This document shows, piece by piece, positions 34,874 to 36,807 of a stretch of DNA of 36,807 nucleotides. Location: positions 1-36,807 of the IMG/VR virus record IMGVR_UViG_3300037422_000161; one strand, 5' to 3'. Source of the stretch: a virus. Taxonomy: Duplodnaviria > Caudoviricetes. The notes beneath the pieces are model-generated. The model saw nothing but the letters and a program-made list of their open reading frames with translations, was not told where the DNA came from and did no database searches. The translations under genes were made by a program, and so were the position numbers. Numbering within the stretch: the stretch's first letter is position 1; every line of letters starts with the position of its first letter.

Positions 34874-35930
34874 CCTACACGGGCGGTGGGCGGCGAGCAA
34901 CGATGACGAGCGGTGGACGCTCTCCGCGACGTTCGAAACGCGCGAGCAGGCGATCGAGTACGCACGCTCGAACGAGCTGTCCTGGATCGGCCGGTGCGCG
35001 CGAGTCGAGTGGCCGAGTGGGTGGTTCTTCGACCAGCGAAGATCCGCTTTTCGCAGGCGTGGACGGAGCAGCGCTAAACAAGGCGATCGAAGTAGCGATC
35101 AAGGCCGAGCTGGAGCGTCAAGGCCAGTGGCCACCGAGCTGGCACCGCGTCGAGGGGCCCGGCTGCGCGCCGAGCTGGCGCGGGTGCTGTCGGGGCAAGC
35201 AGCACGGGAAGAGGAGCTAGATCGCGACATCGCGCTACTACGCGCCGAACGCGACCGCATCCGCGACGTCACGCGGGCCAGTCTGATGGGAGAAATGCAG
35301 TCGCAGGTGGAGCGCGCCGACGTGCTGTACGGCCGCCTCGCCGCCGCCGAGCGGGCGCTGCGGAAGATCGCGGACCACGACACATTCGGCACGCGCGATC
35401 AGCCGCTACTCGTACAGATCGCCCGCGGCTACTTCTCGGGAGTGGAGTTCGCGTCCGGTGCGGCTGCTGACAGGGCAGCGGGCCAGGGGACAACTCTCGC
35501 GGCTACGACCGCCCCCGCTAGCACCCGCGGCGAAGGGGTGACGGCCTCCAAGAGCCCTGGCTTTCCAACATCCCGGTGCGAGACCGGGGCCGGACACTTT
35601 CAGGTGATGAGCGAGGAGCGCATTCGCCTGTGGTTCTGCGACGACGAGTCCCCGCCGCACTACCGCTGCGGTGCGTGCGACGCGGTCGGGGAAACGTGGG
35701 ACAGCGTGACGCACTTCCTGGGCCGCGACAACGACGGCCCCTGCCCCGTCCTGGTCCTGCGCGCGCAGGCCGCCCAGCCGGCACGGCGGGTGCTGCGGAG
35801 GGGGTGGTTAGGCATCTACGACGGCACGCCTGGGTGCATGATTCTGGACAGCAGCTTCGGGGTCGTCGGGGCCGATAGAGCCGTCGAAGTCGAGGTCGTG
35901 GCCGTCGAGCGCGGGGAGGTGGAGCCGTGA
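34866..35930 (+). CDS. Mosaic ORF, probably several fused or frameshifted gene remnants plus an RNA element
   Basis: Plausible N-terminus (FETREQAIEYAR), a better +1-frame segment at about 35030-35160, a coiled-coil segment, a low-complexity stretch over a structured RNA, and a Cys-rich C-terminal part from ATG 35607. Confidence 0.4.
   Translation: MADLHGRWAASNDDERWTLSATFETREQAIEYARSNELSWIGRCARVEWPSGWFFDQRRSAFRRRGRSSAKQGDRSSDQGRAGASRPVATELAPRRGARLRAELARVLSGQAAREEELDRDIALLRAERDRIRDVTRASLMGEMQSQVERADVLYGRLAAAERALRKIADHDTFGTRDQPLLVQIARGYFSGVEFASGAAADRAAGQGTTLAATTAPASTRGEGVTASKSPGFPTSRCETGAGHFQVMSEERIRLWFCDDESPPHYRCGACDAVGETWDSVTHFLGRDNDGPCPVLVLRAQAAQPARRVLRRGWLGIYDGTPGCMILDSSFGVVGADRAVEVEVVAVERGEVEP
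35453..35596 (+). ncRNA. tRNA-like cloverleaf with greatly extended anticodon arm
   Basis: GTCCGGT/GCCGGAC 7-bp acceptor plus A; GCTGC/GCAGC D-like arm; GCCAGGG/CCCTGGC long arm; CCCGG-TGCGAGA-CCGGG T-like arm. Confidence 0.55.
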
Positions 35931-36042
35931 GATTCAGATTCCGCAACCACCCCGGGACGCCTGCACTGCGACTCGTTGTTGGGGCGTCGGCCATGACGGC
36001 CGGTGCAATTGCCGGGCGTTCGCGCCCGTGGAGGAGCTGACG

Positions 36043-36540
36043 ATGCGAGAGAGAATCGACTACCGGACGGCGCCGAGAATCCTGACCATCGCGCTCGGCG
36101 GCGCGGTCGCGCTCATGGCGACGCTGCTCGCACTGGTCGTGCTCTACGCGGCCGACGCGCAGGGCGCGGAGCGGCGCGACACGAGAGCGGCGGTCGAGAC
36201 CGCGCGAGCGGCCGTCCCGACCGTGCGGGCCGGCGTGCTCGTGCCAGCGGGGGGGCGCTCCGGCGTGCTCACGCCCGCGCCGTGGCTGCCATGGTGGGTC
36301 GATTGCGACGACCTCGACACGATCGAGGAGTGCGCCGAGAACCTCCAGGAGCTGTGCCAGGCGGCCGGCCACGGGAGCGTGGACCAGACGACCGTCGAGC
36401 TGCACGCTGGCCAGCACGGCGGCGTGCTCTGCATCGGCGAGTGCGTCCACGACGGCGCGGTGCCGTTCCAGGACTGCCGCGAGGACGAGCCGGCCCCGAC
36501 GCCGCAGCCGGAGCCGGGCGGGCCGGAGACGGTGGGGTGA
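36043..36540 (+). CDS. Membrane-anchored/exported Cys-containing protein
   Basis: GGAGGAG SD; long hydrophobic N-terminal segment; six Cys in the C-terminal half. Confidence 0.65.
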   Translation: MRERIDYRTAPRILTIALGGAVALMATLLALVVLYAADAQGAERRDTRAAVETARAAVPTVRAGVLVPAGGRSGVLTPAPWLPWWVDCDDLDTIEECAENLQELCQAAGHGSVDQTTVELHAGQHGGVLCIGECVHDGAVPFQDCREDEPAPTPQPEPGGPETVG

Positions 36541-36807
36541 TGGACGCCGCTCGACTCGCGGAGATCCTGCGGCTGCACGCCGCGTGGCGCACCGGAGCGG
36601 AGGGTGGCGTGCGGGCCGACCTGCGCGAGGCCGACCTGAGCTGGGCCGACCTGCACGGGGCCGACCTGCGCGAGGCCAACCTGCGCGAGGCCGACCTGAG
36701 CTGGGCCGACCTGAGCTGGGCCGACCTGCACGGGGCCGACCTGCGCGGGGCCAACCTGCGCTGGGCCGACCTGCGCTGGGCCGACCTGCGCGGGGCCGAC
36801 CTGCACG
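36540..36807 (+). CDS. Pentapeptide-repeat protein, 3' truncated
   Basis: [48 protein letters not shown]...; A(D/N)Lxx repeats run to the window end. Confidence 0.92.
   Translation, partial: MDAARLAEILRLHAAWRTGAEGGVRADLREADLSWADLHGADLREANLREADLSWADLSWADLHGADLRGANLRWADLRWADLRGADLH

Noticed and set aside
35954-36021. Possible third tRNA-like element (GGACGC...CCGGTGCAATTGCCGG-GCGTTC)
   Set aside because: Only a T-like hairpin and a weak closing stem; alternative pairings are equally good in GC-rich DNA.
36144-36806. Minus-strand QVGPA repeat ORF or CRISPR-like array
   Set aside because: It is the reverse complement of the pentapeptide-repeat gene; 15-nt coding repeats without spacers.
1-36807. 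Diversity-generating retroelement, CRISPR array or insertion sequence
   Set aside because: No reverse transcriptase, cas or transposase motifs, and no template/variable repeat pair noticed.

Overview
A very GC-rich, near-complete tailed-phage (siphovirus-like, probably temperate) genome fragment, almost all on the + strand. Both ends fall inside repeat-protein genes (hexapeptide repeat on the left, pentapeptide repeat on the right). Gene order: DNA methyltransferase and small accessory ORFs; SF2 helicase, VRR-NUC and Prim-Pol replication module with a putative iteron origin; terminases; portal-gpF fusion; tRNA; protease/scaffold; major capsid; connector and tail genes; tape measure; exported Cys-rich proteins; GH108 lysin, holins and spanin-like gene; HTH/ParB/repressor control region with divergent promoters; small early genes. 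Main discovery: an initiator-type tRNA gene (12115-12187) whose anticodon is ACU instead of CAU sits in the head operon. Four, possibly five, virion genes (major capsid, head-tail connector, two other structural genes, possibly portal) have an in-frame AGT codon where a start codon should be, placed 6-8 nt after a Shine-Dalgarno sequence and usually directly after an in-frame TGA. This suggests a phage-private AGU start codon read by a phage-encoded initiator tRNA. A second tRNA-shaped RNA with a greatly enlarged anticodon arm lies at 35453-35596. All calls are by eye; no database searches were run.
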